DNA of 64,000 bases from an uncultured Acidobacteriota bacterium. Lineage in GTDB: Bacteria > Acidobacteriota > Thermoanaerobaculia > UBA5066 > DATFVB01. Below, piece by piece: positions 56,614 through 64,000 of this stretch (its first letter is position 1; every line of letters begins with the position of its first letter). Where the stretch lies: the NCBI GenBank assembly GCA_963714035.1, contig OY970224.1, forward strand, positions 1,093,240-1,157,239, written 5' to 3'. The translations under genes and the position numbers were made by a program. The notes under the pieces were generated by a model. The model did not search any database. It was not told the origin of the DNA and was given only the letters and a program-made list of their open reading frames with translations.

Positions 56614-56621
56614 CGGGAAGC

Positions 56622-56718
56622 TTTCGGTTCGGCCGTCTTCACGAGGCTGCCCATTCGCTCGTCGCTCGCGACGCATTTCGGTTCGGCTGTCTTCACGAAG
56701 CTTTCCATTGACTCGTCG
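56622..56718. repeat. Two copies of a 43-bp direct repeat in the nuoC-nuoD spacer
   Basis: tttcggttcggccgtcttcacgaggctgcccattcgctcgtcg (56622-56664) aligns with tttcggttcggctgtcttcacgaagctttccattgactcgtcg (56676-56718). The period is 54 nt. Confidence 0.8.
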
Positions 56719-56721
56719 GGC

Positions 56722-57294
56722 CTACGACAGCACTTTCCGGTTCGGGTCGTCGGACGGGGGGCCTCCGCCGGCCGGCCACTCCTCCGGATAGATCGCCGCG
56801 CCCGTGTCGATCCCTTCGACGGGGAAGTCCTTGCGGAGCGGATATCCCTGGAACCCGTCCCACGTCACGATGCGCCGCAGGTCCGGATGGCCGGAGAACG
56901 CGATCCCGAAGAGGTCCCAGATCTCGCGCTCCGACCAGTTCGCGGCGAGGAACGTCGTCGCGATCGACGGGACGTCCTCTCCTTCGGCGCAGCCGAGCTT
57001 CACGCGGATGCGATCGTTCTTCGAGAACGAATAGAAGTGGTAGACGACCTCGAACCGGGGCTGCCGGTCGCGCCAGTCCACGGCCGTCACGTCGACGCAG
57101 TACTTGAAGTCCTGCGCGTCCTTCAGGTGTCGGGCCACGTCGACGATCTTTTCGCGGGCGACGGTCACCGTCACCTGCCGGGCGAACTCCTTCGCGGCGA
57201 CGACGGCGCCGGGCACCGCGGCGGAAAGCTCCGCGACCCAGGGGTGGCCCGAAGCGTCGGTCGCGGCGGGTTTCGCCGCCGGCTTCTCCGCCAC
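56722..57294 (-). CDS. nuoC: NADH-quinone oxidoreductase subunit C
   Basis: GTG start 1 nt after the nuoB stop. Motif is FEVVYHFYSFSKNDRIRVKL...ANWSEREIWDLFGIAFSGHPDLRRI. It is separate from nuoD, not fused. Confidence 0.88.
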   Translation of the reverse strand: MAEKPAAKPAATDASGHPWVAELSAAVPGAVVAAKEFARQVTVTVAREKIVDVARHLKDAQDFKYCVDVTAVDWRDRQPRFEVVYHFYSFSKNDRIRVKLGCAEGEDVPSIATTFLAANWSEREIWDLFGIAFSGHPDLRRIVTWDGFQGYPLRKDFPVEGIDTGAAIYPEEWPAGGGPPSDDPNRKVLS

Positions 57295-57295
57295 G

Positions 57296-57781
57296 TCAGG
57301 AAGCCTTGCGGATGACCTTCATCCGATCGATCTTCTTCTGCAGCTGGATGATCCCGTACAGGAGCGCCTCGGGCCGCGGCGGACAGCCGGGCACGTAGAC
57401 GTCGACCGGGACGACCCGGTCGACCCCCTGCGTGACGGCGTACGTCCGATAGGGGCCGCCGCAGGTCGCGCACGAACCCATCGCGATCACCCATTTCGGA
57501 TCGGGCATCTGGTCGTAGAGCCGTTTGACGACGGGCGCCATCTTCTCGACGACGGTGCCCGCGACGATCATCAGGTCGGACTGCCGCGGCGTCCCGCGGA
57601 ATACCTCGGCGCCGAAGCGCGCGAGGTCATGGCGGGCGTCCATGACCGCCATCATCTCGATCGCGCAGCACGCGAGGCCGAACTGCATGGGCCAGATCGC
57701 GCTTCGGCGCGCCCAGTTGATGACGGAGTCGACGGTGGTCGTGAGGACGTTTTCTTCGAATCGGTTGGTGAGGATGCTCAT
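57296..57781 (-). CDS. nuoB: NADH-quinone oxidoreductase subunit B
   Basis: N2-cluster ligand motifs [21 protein letters not shown] and VPGCPPRPE are present. Confidence 0.92.
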   Translation of the reverse strand: MSILTNRFEENVLTTTVDSVINWARRSAIWPMQFGLACCAIEMMAVMDARHDLARFGAEVFRGTPRQSDLMIVAGTVVEKMAPVVKRLYDQMPDPKWVIAMGSCATCGGPYRTYAVTQGVDRVVPVDVYVPGCPPRPEALLYGIIQLQKKIDRMKVIRKAS

Positions 57782-57794
57782 GCGGCGAAATCCC

Positions 57795-58151
57795 TCATGC
57801 CCACTGGAGCGCGCCGCGCTTCCAGGCGTAGAAGTAGCCGACGACGAGGATCGCGAGGAACACGAGCATCTCGACGAAGCCGAAGAGGGCGAGCTTGTCG
57901 AGAAGGATGGCCCAGGGGAAGAGAAAGACGGTCTCGACGTCGAAGACGACGAAAAGCACCGCGATCAGGAAATAGCGGGCGGAAAAGCGGTAGTCGAAGG
58001 CCGTCGTGGGCGACTCGATACCGCACTCGTACGGCTCCCCCTTCGCCGGGTTCGGGATTCCGTGCTGAAGGAGCTTCGCGACGACGATCGTTCCGATCGG
58101 CAGCGCTGCCGCGAGGATCGCGAACACCAGGATGAAAAAATACGATTCCAT
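57795..58151 (-). CDS. nuoA: NADH-quinone oxidoreductase subunit A
   Basis: 118 aa with three TM segments. Motif is GEPYECGIE...[12 protein letters not shown]. Confidence 0.9.
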   Translation of the reverse strand: MESYFFILVFAILAAALPIGTIVVAKLLQHGIPNPAKGEPYECGIESPTTAFDYRFSARYFLIAVLFVVFDVETVFLFPWAILLDKLALFGFVEMLVFLAILVVGYFYAWKRGALQWA

Positions 58152-58174
58152 GCGAGCCCCGGGATTCTCTCGAT

Positions 58175-59359
58175 TCAGCTCCGGGATGTCAATGTGAAGG
58201 AATTCACAAGCGGCGCCATCCCCTTCGACTGAACGAGAACCGAGAGATCCTCGCCGATTCCCTCCGGGTCGAAGAGGCGAAACGCTTCCAGGCGTCTGTC
58301 GCGCGCCTTCAGGGCACGGCCGTCGCGTGCCTCCCCGGCACGGCCGTCGCGTGCCTCGCCGTTACGGCTGTCGCGCGCCTCGCCGGCACGGCTGTCAGGC
58401 GCCTCCCCGGCGTCTTCGAAGAGGCCGGCCTTCATCAGGAATTCCGCCTGCCGCATCCGCGCCTCCGTCCCGAACCCCTCCTCTTCGCCCGCGCGCGCCA
58501 GATCGTCCCAGTTGACGTGGGCGGTCAGGTCGACCTCGCCGGGGCGCTCGAGCGGATCCCCGCCGCGGCGTCCCCCCGCGTGTACCGCGAGAGTTCCGTG
58601 CGGGCGGGCACCCGGGTGATACAGCACGCCGGCCCGGTGCCCGTAGTCGAACGCGACGAGGCGCCCTCGGGAAACGAGGCGAGCGAGCGAGCGATGCAGC
58701 GGCGCCGCATCGAGGTTGATCTCGGCCTCCTGCCCCTCCGCGAGCTCGATGGCGAACCGCGAGAGATATTCGTGCAGCGGCGCGGGGGCCGGCGCGGCCG
58801 ACCAGCCGAAGCCGCCTCCCTCTTCCGTCACCCGCAGCTCGAGAAGGCGACCGCCGGAGACGGTGACGCGGTGGACCGGCAGAGCGTCGTAGAGCTCGTT
58901 GGAGAAGACCCACCCCTCGAAAGGCTCGTCGATCCACTCCGCGGGATCGTCGGCAACCGCGTCCGCGAGGCCCGCCCGGGCGATCGCCGCTCTCCCCGGA
59001 GCCGAGCGTTCGACGGCGCGCAGCCGGGTCCGCCGCGACACGTCGGGAGCGAGGTCTTCGAGGGCCGCTCGGAAGTCCCTCAGCAGCCCCCCGACGCCCG
59101 CCGCGGCTTCGCAGAAGACGATCTCCGACGCGAATTCGGCCGCATCCGCCGCGAAGACCCGCGCGACGGCGCGGGCGAAGAGAGGCGAGATCGTCGGCGA
59201 CGTCACGAAGTCCCCTCCCTCGCCGATCGCGGCGCGCCCCGCGTAGTAGCCGTCCGCGGCGTCGTAGAGCGCGGCTTCCATGAAATCGCGGAAGGAGATC
59301 GGGCCCTCCCGCCCGATGCGCTCCCGCAGCCGCCGGACGAGCCGGGAGTCGCCGCTCAA
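58175..59359 (-). CDS. MidA/NDUFAF7-family (DUF185) SAM-dependent methyltransferase
   Basis: TTG start 4 nt after the upstream stop. Motif is ISFRDFMEAALYDAADGYYAGRAAIGEGGDFVTSPTISPLFARAVA, and the family architecture continues to the C-terminus, which carries an octapeptide repeat insertion. Confidence 0.75.
   Translation of the reverse strand: MSGDSRLVRRLRERIGREGPISFRDFMEAALYDAADGYYAGRAAIGEGGDFVTSPTISPLFARAVARVFAADAAEFASEIVFCEAAAGVGGLLRDFRAALEDLAPDVSRRTRLRAVERSAPGRAAIARAGLADAVADDPAEWIDEPFEGWVFSNELYDALPVHRVTVSGGRLLELRVTEEGGGFGWSAAPAPAPLHEYLSRFAIELAEGQEAEINLDAAPLHRSLARLVSRGRLVAFDYGHRAGVLYHPGARPHGTLAVHAGGRRGGDPLERPGEVDLTAHVNWDDLARAGEEEGFGTEARMRQAEFLMKAGLFEDAGEAPDSRAGEARDSRNGEARDGRAGEARDGRALKARDRRLEAFRLFDPEGIGEDLSVLVQSKGMAPLVNSFTLTSRS
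58292..58411. repeat. In-frame 24-bp tandem repeat (5 units) inside the MidA-like gene
   Basis: It encodes AGEAPDSR-AGEARDSR-NGEARDGR-AGEARDGR-ALKARDRR on the minus strand. The nucleotide units are gcg(t/c)gcctc(g/c)ccg(g/t)(c/t)acggc(c/t)gtc-like. Confidence 0.85.
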
Positions 59360-59363
59360 CCGT

Positions 59364-60485
59364 TCAGGGCGCCGGCGCGCGGGGAGCCGGCGCGGCTTCC
59401 CCTCTCGAAGGCACCAGGCCCTCGACCTTCGACCGCGGCAAGCCCTCCACTCCGTACACGAGCCCGATCCCCGGCGTGCCTTTTACGGCGAGGGCATCCC
59501 GCTCCGCGAGCGCCTCCTCGCGGGTCCCGTATTCGCCGAGCATCACGCGGAACCAGAGGCCCGGTTTCGCGCCGAGATTGACGGCGACCACGTGGAGCGG
59601 GCGCCCCAGGACCTTCGCGAGACGCGCGGCGTCCCTTTCGGCGTTCTCCTTCTTCTGGAAAGAGGAGAAGTGGATCATCCAGACGGGCGCCCCTGTCCAG
59701 TCGGGCGACAGCATCGTCGAGCCGTGCGACTCGGGAATTGCGGGAGGAGGCGGGGCGGACGGCGCCACGCTCGCGACGGCCGGCGCGGAGGGCGGGCCGA
59801 CGACGTGAAGCGGGGCGCCGGTCGGCGGCGCGATCGGCCCGGGGGCTGCCGTGGCCGCCGATCGGTCGGCTGAGGCGGCGGCGTCGAACGGCGAAACGGG
59901 AGAAACGCGCCGGGTCTTCGCGAAAAACCAGACTCCGCCCCCGATGGCGACGACGAGCAGAAAGACCGCGAGCTTCCCGCCGCGGGGCCGGGGCCGATCG
60001 ACCGTGTCGAACTCGATTTCCTCGGGGATGTCGTCCTCTTCTTCGGGATCCGGAGCCTCGCCCTCGGCGGCGGTCTCGGAGACGAAGGCGAACGGCTCGG
60101 GAGCGGGTCGTTCGACCATGGGTCGTCCGACGGCGCCGAAGACGTCCGATTCGTCGCCGAAAGACTCGCCGTCGGGATTCGCCGCGAGTCTCTCCTCGAT
60201 CGGCTCTTCCGGGAATGGCGCGTCCTCGTTCCACCCGCCGAGGCCGATCCGTTCTCCACCGAGGTCCGACGGAAGGAGCCGCACCGCGCGCTCGGCGAGC
60301 TCGGAAAGCGCCGCGGCCGAAAAACCCGTCCGCGTCAGCCGCAGCTCTTCCGCGCACACCTGCTGTGCCGCCCGGAAAACCTCCGCGCGGCGCTCGGGCG
60401 GGATCCCGAGGCTTCGGACGACCGCCTCGACGACTTCCGTCACCCCCGGCACCCGGGGCCGTTCCCGCGGACCGTGCTCCGGCAA
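59364..60485 (-). CDS. Bitopic SPOR-domain protein (acidic cytoplasmic N-domain, one TM, Pro/Ala linker, C-terminal SPOR)
   Basis: TTG at 60485 lies 5 nt after GGGAGG and 15 nt after the upstream stop. TM segment is LAVFLLVVAIGGGVWFFA. The SPOR-like part is WMIHFSSFQKKENAERDAARLAKVLGRPLHVVAVNLGAKPGLWFRVMLGEYGTREEALAERDAL. The start is uncertain; GTG at 60452 or 60443 are alternatives. Confidence 0.7.
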   Translation of the reverse strand: MPEHGPRERPRVPGVTEVVEAVVRSLGIPPERRAEVFRAAQQVCAEELRLTRTGFSAAALSELAERAVRLLPSDLGGERIGLGGWNEDAPFPEEPIEERLAANPDGESFGDESDVFGAVGRPMVERPAPEPFAFVSETAAEGEAPDPEEEDDIPEEIEFDTVDRPRPRGGKLAVFLLVVAIGGGVWFFAKTRRVSPVSPFDAAASADRSAATAAPGPIAPPTGAPLHVVGPPSAPAVASVAPSAPPPPAIPESHGSTMLSPDWTGAPVWMIHFSSFQKKENAERDAARLAKVLGRPLHVVAVNLGAKPGLWFRVMLGEYGTREEALAERDALAVKGTPGIGLVYGVEGLPRSKVEGLVPSRGEAAPAPRAPAP

Positions 60486-60499
60486 GACGCCCTCCCGGC

Positions 60500-61522
60500 T
60501 CAATCCGAGAGGCTCTCCCAGTCGGTCTCCGGCGCGTCGAGCGCGATCGCCAGGCCGCCGTTCGAACCGGCGAAGACGGGGTCCTCGACGGCGCGGACGC
60601 GTCCGCCACCCATCTCGCCGAGGGTCTTCTCGAGCGCCGCCGCGAGGCCCGGGATCTGCGACCCTCCGCCGGCGAGAATGACGTTCCGGCGGACGTCCTC
60701 CTGGTATTCCGGCTCGACCCGGGAGATCAGGTCGAGCATCGTCTCGGAGATCGGGCCGAGCAGGCTCTCGCACGCGCGCCGCATCTCCGCCGTGATGTCG
60801 AGATCCGTGGGCTTCCCGTGGACGGGCACCTTCACGACGACCGGCGCCTTCGGCTCGCCGACGAAGCTCCCCTTTTCCTTCCAGTCGCGGACCATGTAGA
60901 TCGAGAAGCGCCCGTCCGGCATCTTGTTGCGGACGAGTGTGGCGAGCTGCTCGTCGACCGCGTCGCCCGCGTTCGTGAGCGTCCGCTGGTCGTCTTCGGT
61001 CGGGTAGCGGCCGTTCATCACGCAGAAATCGGTCGTGCCGGCGCCGATGTCGATGATCATCGTGTGGAGGAGCGAGTCCATCCCGTACGCGACCGCGAAC
61101 GGCTCGGACACGATCATCAGCGAGTCGGCCATCCCGGCGACCGCGTTCCGAAGGTGCTGCCGGGAAACGCGGAGCGCCTCGGCGGGCACGCCGACGACCG
61201 CGAAGACCCTCTGGCTCTCCTTCGCGCCCGCGAGCGAGATCAGATGTCCCAGGAGCTCCCGTACGGCCTGCTCGTCCTTCTGCGAGCCTTCCTTGATGAG
61301 CCCCCGTTCGAGGGGACGATGCAGATCGAGCATCGGGCGGTTGTCGAGCGCCTCTTTTCCGAAGAGCACCGCTTTCTTGACGACCTTGCGGGCGACCATG
61401 TCGACCGGCCAGCCGACGTAGCTGTCGACGACCTCGCGGGCGCCGTTCGAAGCGGAGATCGAGCTTCGGGAGGTGCCGAGGTCGATCCCGACCTGCAGCA
61501 CATCGTTCTTCGATTTCGTCAT
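60500..61522 (-). CDS. Actin-like ATPase of the MreB/MamK superfamily, closest by eye to MamK-like proteins
   Basis: ATG at 61522 overlaps the amidase TGA (ATGA). The 340-aa product has phosphate-1 VGIDLGTSRS, phosphate-2 MIIDIGAGTTDFCV and adenosine motif VILAGGGSQIPGLAAAL. Blocks YVGWPVDMV, IVSEPFAVAYGMD, VEPEYQEDV and AVEDPVFAGSNGGL parallel the MamK sequence as I recall it. Confidence 0.75.
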   Translation of the reverse strand: MTKSKNDVLQVGIDLGTSRSSISASNGAREVVDSYVGWPVDMVARKVVKKAVLFGKEALDNRPMLDLHRPLERGLIKEGSQKDEQAVRELLGHLISLAGAKESQRVFAVVGVPAEALRVSRQHLRNAVAGMADSLMIVSEPFAVAYGMDSLLHTMIIDIGAGTTDFCVMNGRYPTEDDQRTLTNAGDAVDEQLATLVRNKMPDGRFSIYMVRDWKEKGSFVGEPKAPVVVKVPVHGKPTDLDITAEMRRACESLLGPISETMLDLISRVEPEYQEDVRRNVILAGGGSQIPGLAAALEKTLGEMGGGRVRAVEDPVFAGSNGGLAIALDAPETDWESLSD

Positions 61523-62532
61523 GAAACCCCTTTCCCCGCGGGCATCGCGGCGCGCGCGACCCCTTCGGCGGACGTTTCCGGGTCGAGGATGCGGCGGATC
61601 CCGGCATGGAGCGCGCGCGCGAGCTCGGAGCGGTATTCCGGCGTCGCGAGCCTCCGGGCTTCCTCCGCGTTGGAGATGCAGGAAATTTCGGCCAGCACGG
61701 CGGGCATCCGCGTCCCGACCAGGACGACGAGCGGCGCGGTCTTCACGCCGCGGTTCTGGAGCCGGTCGTTCACGGAGCGGAGGGCGTCGAAATACGCCGC
61801 CTGAAGCGTCGCGGCGAACCGCCGGGACTCGTCCTGCCGCACGCCGGCGTAGACGCCTTCGAGAAGCGTTCGGAAGTCGGCGAGCGAATAGCCCGACCCC
61901 GTGTTCTCGCCGCGCGCGAACCGGGTCGTTTCGGGATCGCTCGTGGCGCCGAGGTAGAACGTCTCGATCCCGACGCGGTCGGGAACGGGCATCGAGTTGA
62001 TGTGGATCGAGAGGAAGAGATCCGCGTTCTCGGAGTTCGCGATCTCGACGCGGCGCTCGAGGGAGAGCGCCCGGTCGTCCGTCCGGGTGAGCACGACGGA
62101 GATCGGCTCGTCCTTCAGCAGCGCGCGCAGCCGCTCCGCGACGTCGAGCGTGATCGCCTTCTCCTCGAGCCCCTGCCGGGTCATCGCGCCCGGATCGCTC
62201 CCCCCGTGGCCCGGATCGATCACGAGCTTGCGGACGGCGAGCCGGAAGAGCGAAGGATCGATGGCCCGCGGCGCGGGAAGCGCCACCGGCCGCGGAATCG
62301 CCGGGGGCGGAAGATCGGCCGCCGCGCGGCGCCCCGGACGCGACGCCCGGGCGCCCGGCGGGGCGATCGCGCCGGAGAACGCGACGAGAAGCGTCGCGCC
62401 GAGCCCGCCGATGAGCCATCCGCTGATCGTCCGGCGGCGGCGCAGGCCCGGCGGCCGTTCCCCGCGGGCCGTCGCGAGGTTCTCGCGGACGAGGGCGCGG
62501 ATCATCTGCTGCTTGAGGCGATCTTTTCCCAT
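61519..62532 (-). CDS. N-acetylmuramoyl-L-alanine amidase (Amidase_3 / AmiC-like) with an N-terminal membrane anchor
   Basis: ATG at 62532. Motifs are KLVIDPGHGGSDPGA, ADLFLSIHINS and APLVVLVGTRMPAVLAEISCISN. The N-terminal hydrophobic segment is ISGWLIGGLGATLLVAF. Confidence 0.85.
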   Translation of the reverse strand: MGKDRLKQQMIRALVRENLATARGERPPGLRRRRTISGWLIGGLGATLLVAFSGAIAPPGARASRPGRRAAADLPPPAIPRPVALPAPRAIDPSLFRLAVRKLVIDPGHGGSDPGAMTRQGLEEKAITLDVAERLRALLKDEPISVVLTRTDDRALSLERRVEIANSENADLFLSIHINSMPVPDRVGIETFYLGATSDPETTRFARGENTGSGYSLADFRTLLEGVYAGVRQDESRRFAATLQAAYFDALRSVNDRLQNRGVKTAPLVVLVGTRMPAVLAEISCISNAEEARRLATPEYRSELARALHAGIRRILDPETSAEGVARAAMPAGKGVS

Positions 62533-62625
62533 GGGCGCTGATCGCGAAGTGTAGCAGGGTGCTCCCTCTCCACCCCCGGGGAGCCGTTCCTGCATGCCCG
62601 CGGAGGGCGACCGAAATCCGCAACC

Positions 62626-62631
62626 TATAAT
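62626..62631 (+). promoter_or_regulatory. Possible -10 box (exact TATAAT) for the divergent AAA+ ATPase gene
   Basis: An exact TATAAT hexamer sits in an otherwise GC-rich divergent spacer, 28 nt upstream of the ATG at 62660 and ahead of a GGGGAGGG RBS. No convincing -35 box is present. Confidence 0.25.
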
Positions 62632-62659
62632 GGCCCCGGGCCGGGGAGGGACCGCGGCC

Positions 62660-64000
62660 ATGACGGCGGCCGACTCGGCAGGGGGGCGCGTGAAACCTCG
62701 GACTCTCGGAGAACTGAAGACCAGCGGTTACCGCGCGAGAAGCGTCAAGGACGAACTCCGCGAGAACCTGATCGCGGTCCTCCGCAAGGGCGAAGACCCC
62801 TTCCCGGGGATCTTCGGATACCGCCACACGGTCCTCCCGATGCTCCACAACGCGATCCTCGCGCGCCACGACATCATCCTCCTCGGGCTGCGCGGACAGG
62901 CGAAGACCCGTCTGCTGCGCTCCCTCGTCAATCTCCTCGACGAAGGGCTCCCCGCGATCGCGGGAAGCGAGGTCAACGAGAGCCCCTTCGAGCCGATCAC
63001 CGGGTTCGGCCGGCGGACCGTGGCGGAGCGCGGCGACGAGACCCCGATCGTCTGGATCCCGAGAAGCGAGCGGTACCGGGAGAAGCTCGCGACCCCCGAC
63101 GTCACGATCGCGGACCTGATCGGCGACATCGACCCGATCAAGGCGGCGACCCAGAAGCGGACGTACTCCGACGAGGAGATCATCCATTACGGCATCGTTC
63201 CCCGCACGAACCGCGGGATCTTCGCGATCAACGAGCTCCCGGACCTCCAGCCGCGGATCCAGGTCGGCCTGCTCAACATCCTCGAGGAGCGCGATCTCCA
63301 GATCCGCGGGTTTCCGGTGAGGATCCCGCTCGACATCCTCCTCGTCTTTTCCGCGAACCCCGAGGACTACACGAACCGAGGGAACATCATCACGCCGCTC
63401 AAGGACCGGATCTCGTCGCAGATCCTCACCCACTACCCGGACGACGTGAAGACGGCGCGCGCGATCACGGACCAGGAAGCGTGGACGGAACGGCCCGGCG
63501 GCGTCGAGGCCGACGTGCCCGAGTACTTCAAGGAGCTCGTCGAGAAGATCGCGTTCGCGGCGCGTCAGTCCGAGTTCGTGGACCAGTCTTCGGGCGTCTC
63601 CGCGCGCATGCCGATCTCGGCCCTCGAGATCCTCTATTCGAACCTCGAACGCCGCGGGATCCTGCGCGGCGAGGAGCGCGTCTTCCCGCGGCTCTGCGAC
63701 CTCCTCGCCTGCCTCCCCGCGATCACGGGGAAAGTCGAGGTCGTTTACGAGGGCGAGCAGCAGGGGACGGAAGTCATCGCGAAGAAGCTCATCTCGGGCC
63801 CCGTCGCCGATCTTTTCAAGGAAAAGTTCCCCCCCGTCGATTCGGGAAGGCGAACCGAGCGCTCGCGCACCCCGCCGCCCGAAGACCCCGAAGAGCCGCA
63901 GCCGCGCTCCCGGGCGCGTTTCCCGACCGAAGAGCCGGACAAGTTGAATCCCGTGTACCGCGAGATCGTCGACTGGTTCGCCGCGGGAAACCGCATCGAC
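62660..64000 (+). CDS. AAA+ ATPase of the Mg-chelatase ChlI/BchI-like (sigma54-interaction-like) type; 3' end beyond the window
   Basis: It is not in the supplied track because it has no stop in the window. The frame is open for 447 codons from ATG 62660 with GC-rich third positions. It has a degenerate P-loop LLGLRGQAKTRLL, Walker B/sensor region GIFAINELPDLQPRIQVGLLNILEERD, and VFSANPEDYTNRGNIITPLKDRI. Confidence 0.7.
   Translation, partial: MTAADSAGGRVKPRTLGELKTSGYRARSVKDELRENLIAVLRKGEDPFPGIFGYRHTVLPMLHNAILARHDIILLGLRGQAKTRLLRSLVNLLDEGLPAIAGSEVNESPFEPITGFGRRTVAERGDETPIVWIPRSERYREKLATPDVTIADLIGDIDPIKAATQKRTYSDEEIIHYGIVPRTNRGIFAINELPDLQPRIQVGLLNILEERDLQIRGFPVRIPLDILLVFSANPEDYTNRGNIITPLKDRISSQILTHYPDDVKTARAITDQEAWTERPGGVEADVPEYFKELVEKIAFAARQSEFVDQSSGVSARMPISALEILYSNLERRGILRGEERVFPRLCDLLACLPAITGKVEVVYEGEQQGTEVIAKKLISGPVADLFKEKFPPVDSGRRTERSRTPPPEDPEEPQPRSRARFPTEEPDKLNPVYREIVDWFAAGNRID

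Noticed and set aside
56614-56676. nuoD starting at ATG 56676 (the 422-aa track version).
   Set aside because: The extra 21 codons have only about 55% GC at third positions, against more than 85% in the gene body. They lie within the duplicated intergenic motif. The ATG at 56613 already leaves an unusually long N-terminus before the NFGPQHP motif.

Overview
Very GC-rich bacterial chromosomal DNA in which third codon positions are almost all G/C. The repeated ADOP-type permease genes point to Acidobacteriota. No rRNA, tRNA, CRISPR array, transposase or integrase is visible. The window has three blocks. (1) Bases 1-34.5 kb, plus strand: the 3' end of a MacA/HlyD-like adaptor gene, a MacB-type ABC ATPase, twelve consecutive intact paralogues (about 800-836 aa each) of a double-FtsX 'ADOP' permease, a second and dissimilar ATPase, then a sigma54-type (NtrC-family) response regulator and its histidine kinase. 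(2) Bases 34.6-45 kb, mixed housekeeping and accessory genes: a PLD/cardiolipin-synthase-like gene with a coupled small membrane ORF, yraN, argS, a yqjD/yqjE/yqjK-like membrane triad, a chemoreceptor with a short CheW-like ORF, a GHMP kinase, and an ECF sigma/anti-sigma pair. (3) Bases 45-62.5 kb, all minus strand and mostly separated by 4-nt start/stop overlaps: amidase, MamK-like actin, SPOR protein, MidA/NDUFAF7-like methyltransferase, an 11-gene nuoABCDHIJKLMN operon with no nuoEFG, and atpZ-atpI-atpB-atpE. A partial Mg-chelatase-like AAA+ ATPase gene runs off the 3' edge. The most interesting non-genic signals are: a roughly 260-270 bp element present twice (28.2 kb and 47.3 kb), with a conserved core closed by copy-specific but internally complementary 25-29 bp arms; a palindrome-containing tandem repeat that fills the whole anti-sigma/GHMP-kinase spacer; and a duplicated 43-bp motif between nuoC and nuoD. 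Many long ORFs in the supplied track are antisense or out-of-frame GC artefacts and were not called. Several true starts appear to be internal GTG/TTG/ATG codons that overlap the upstream stop.
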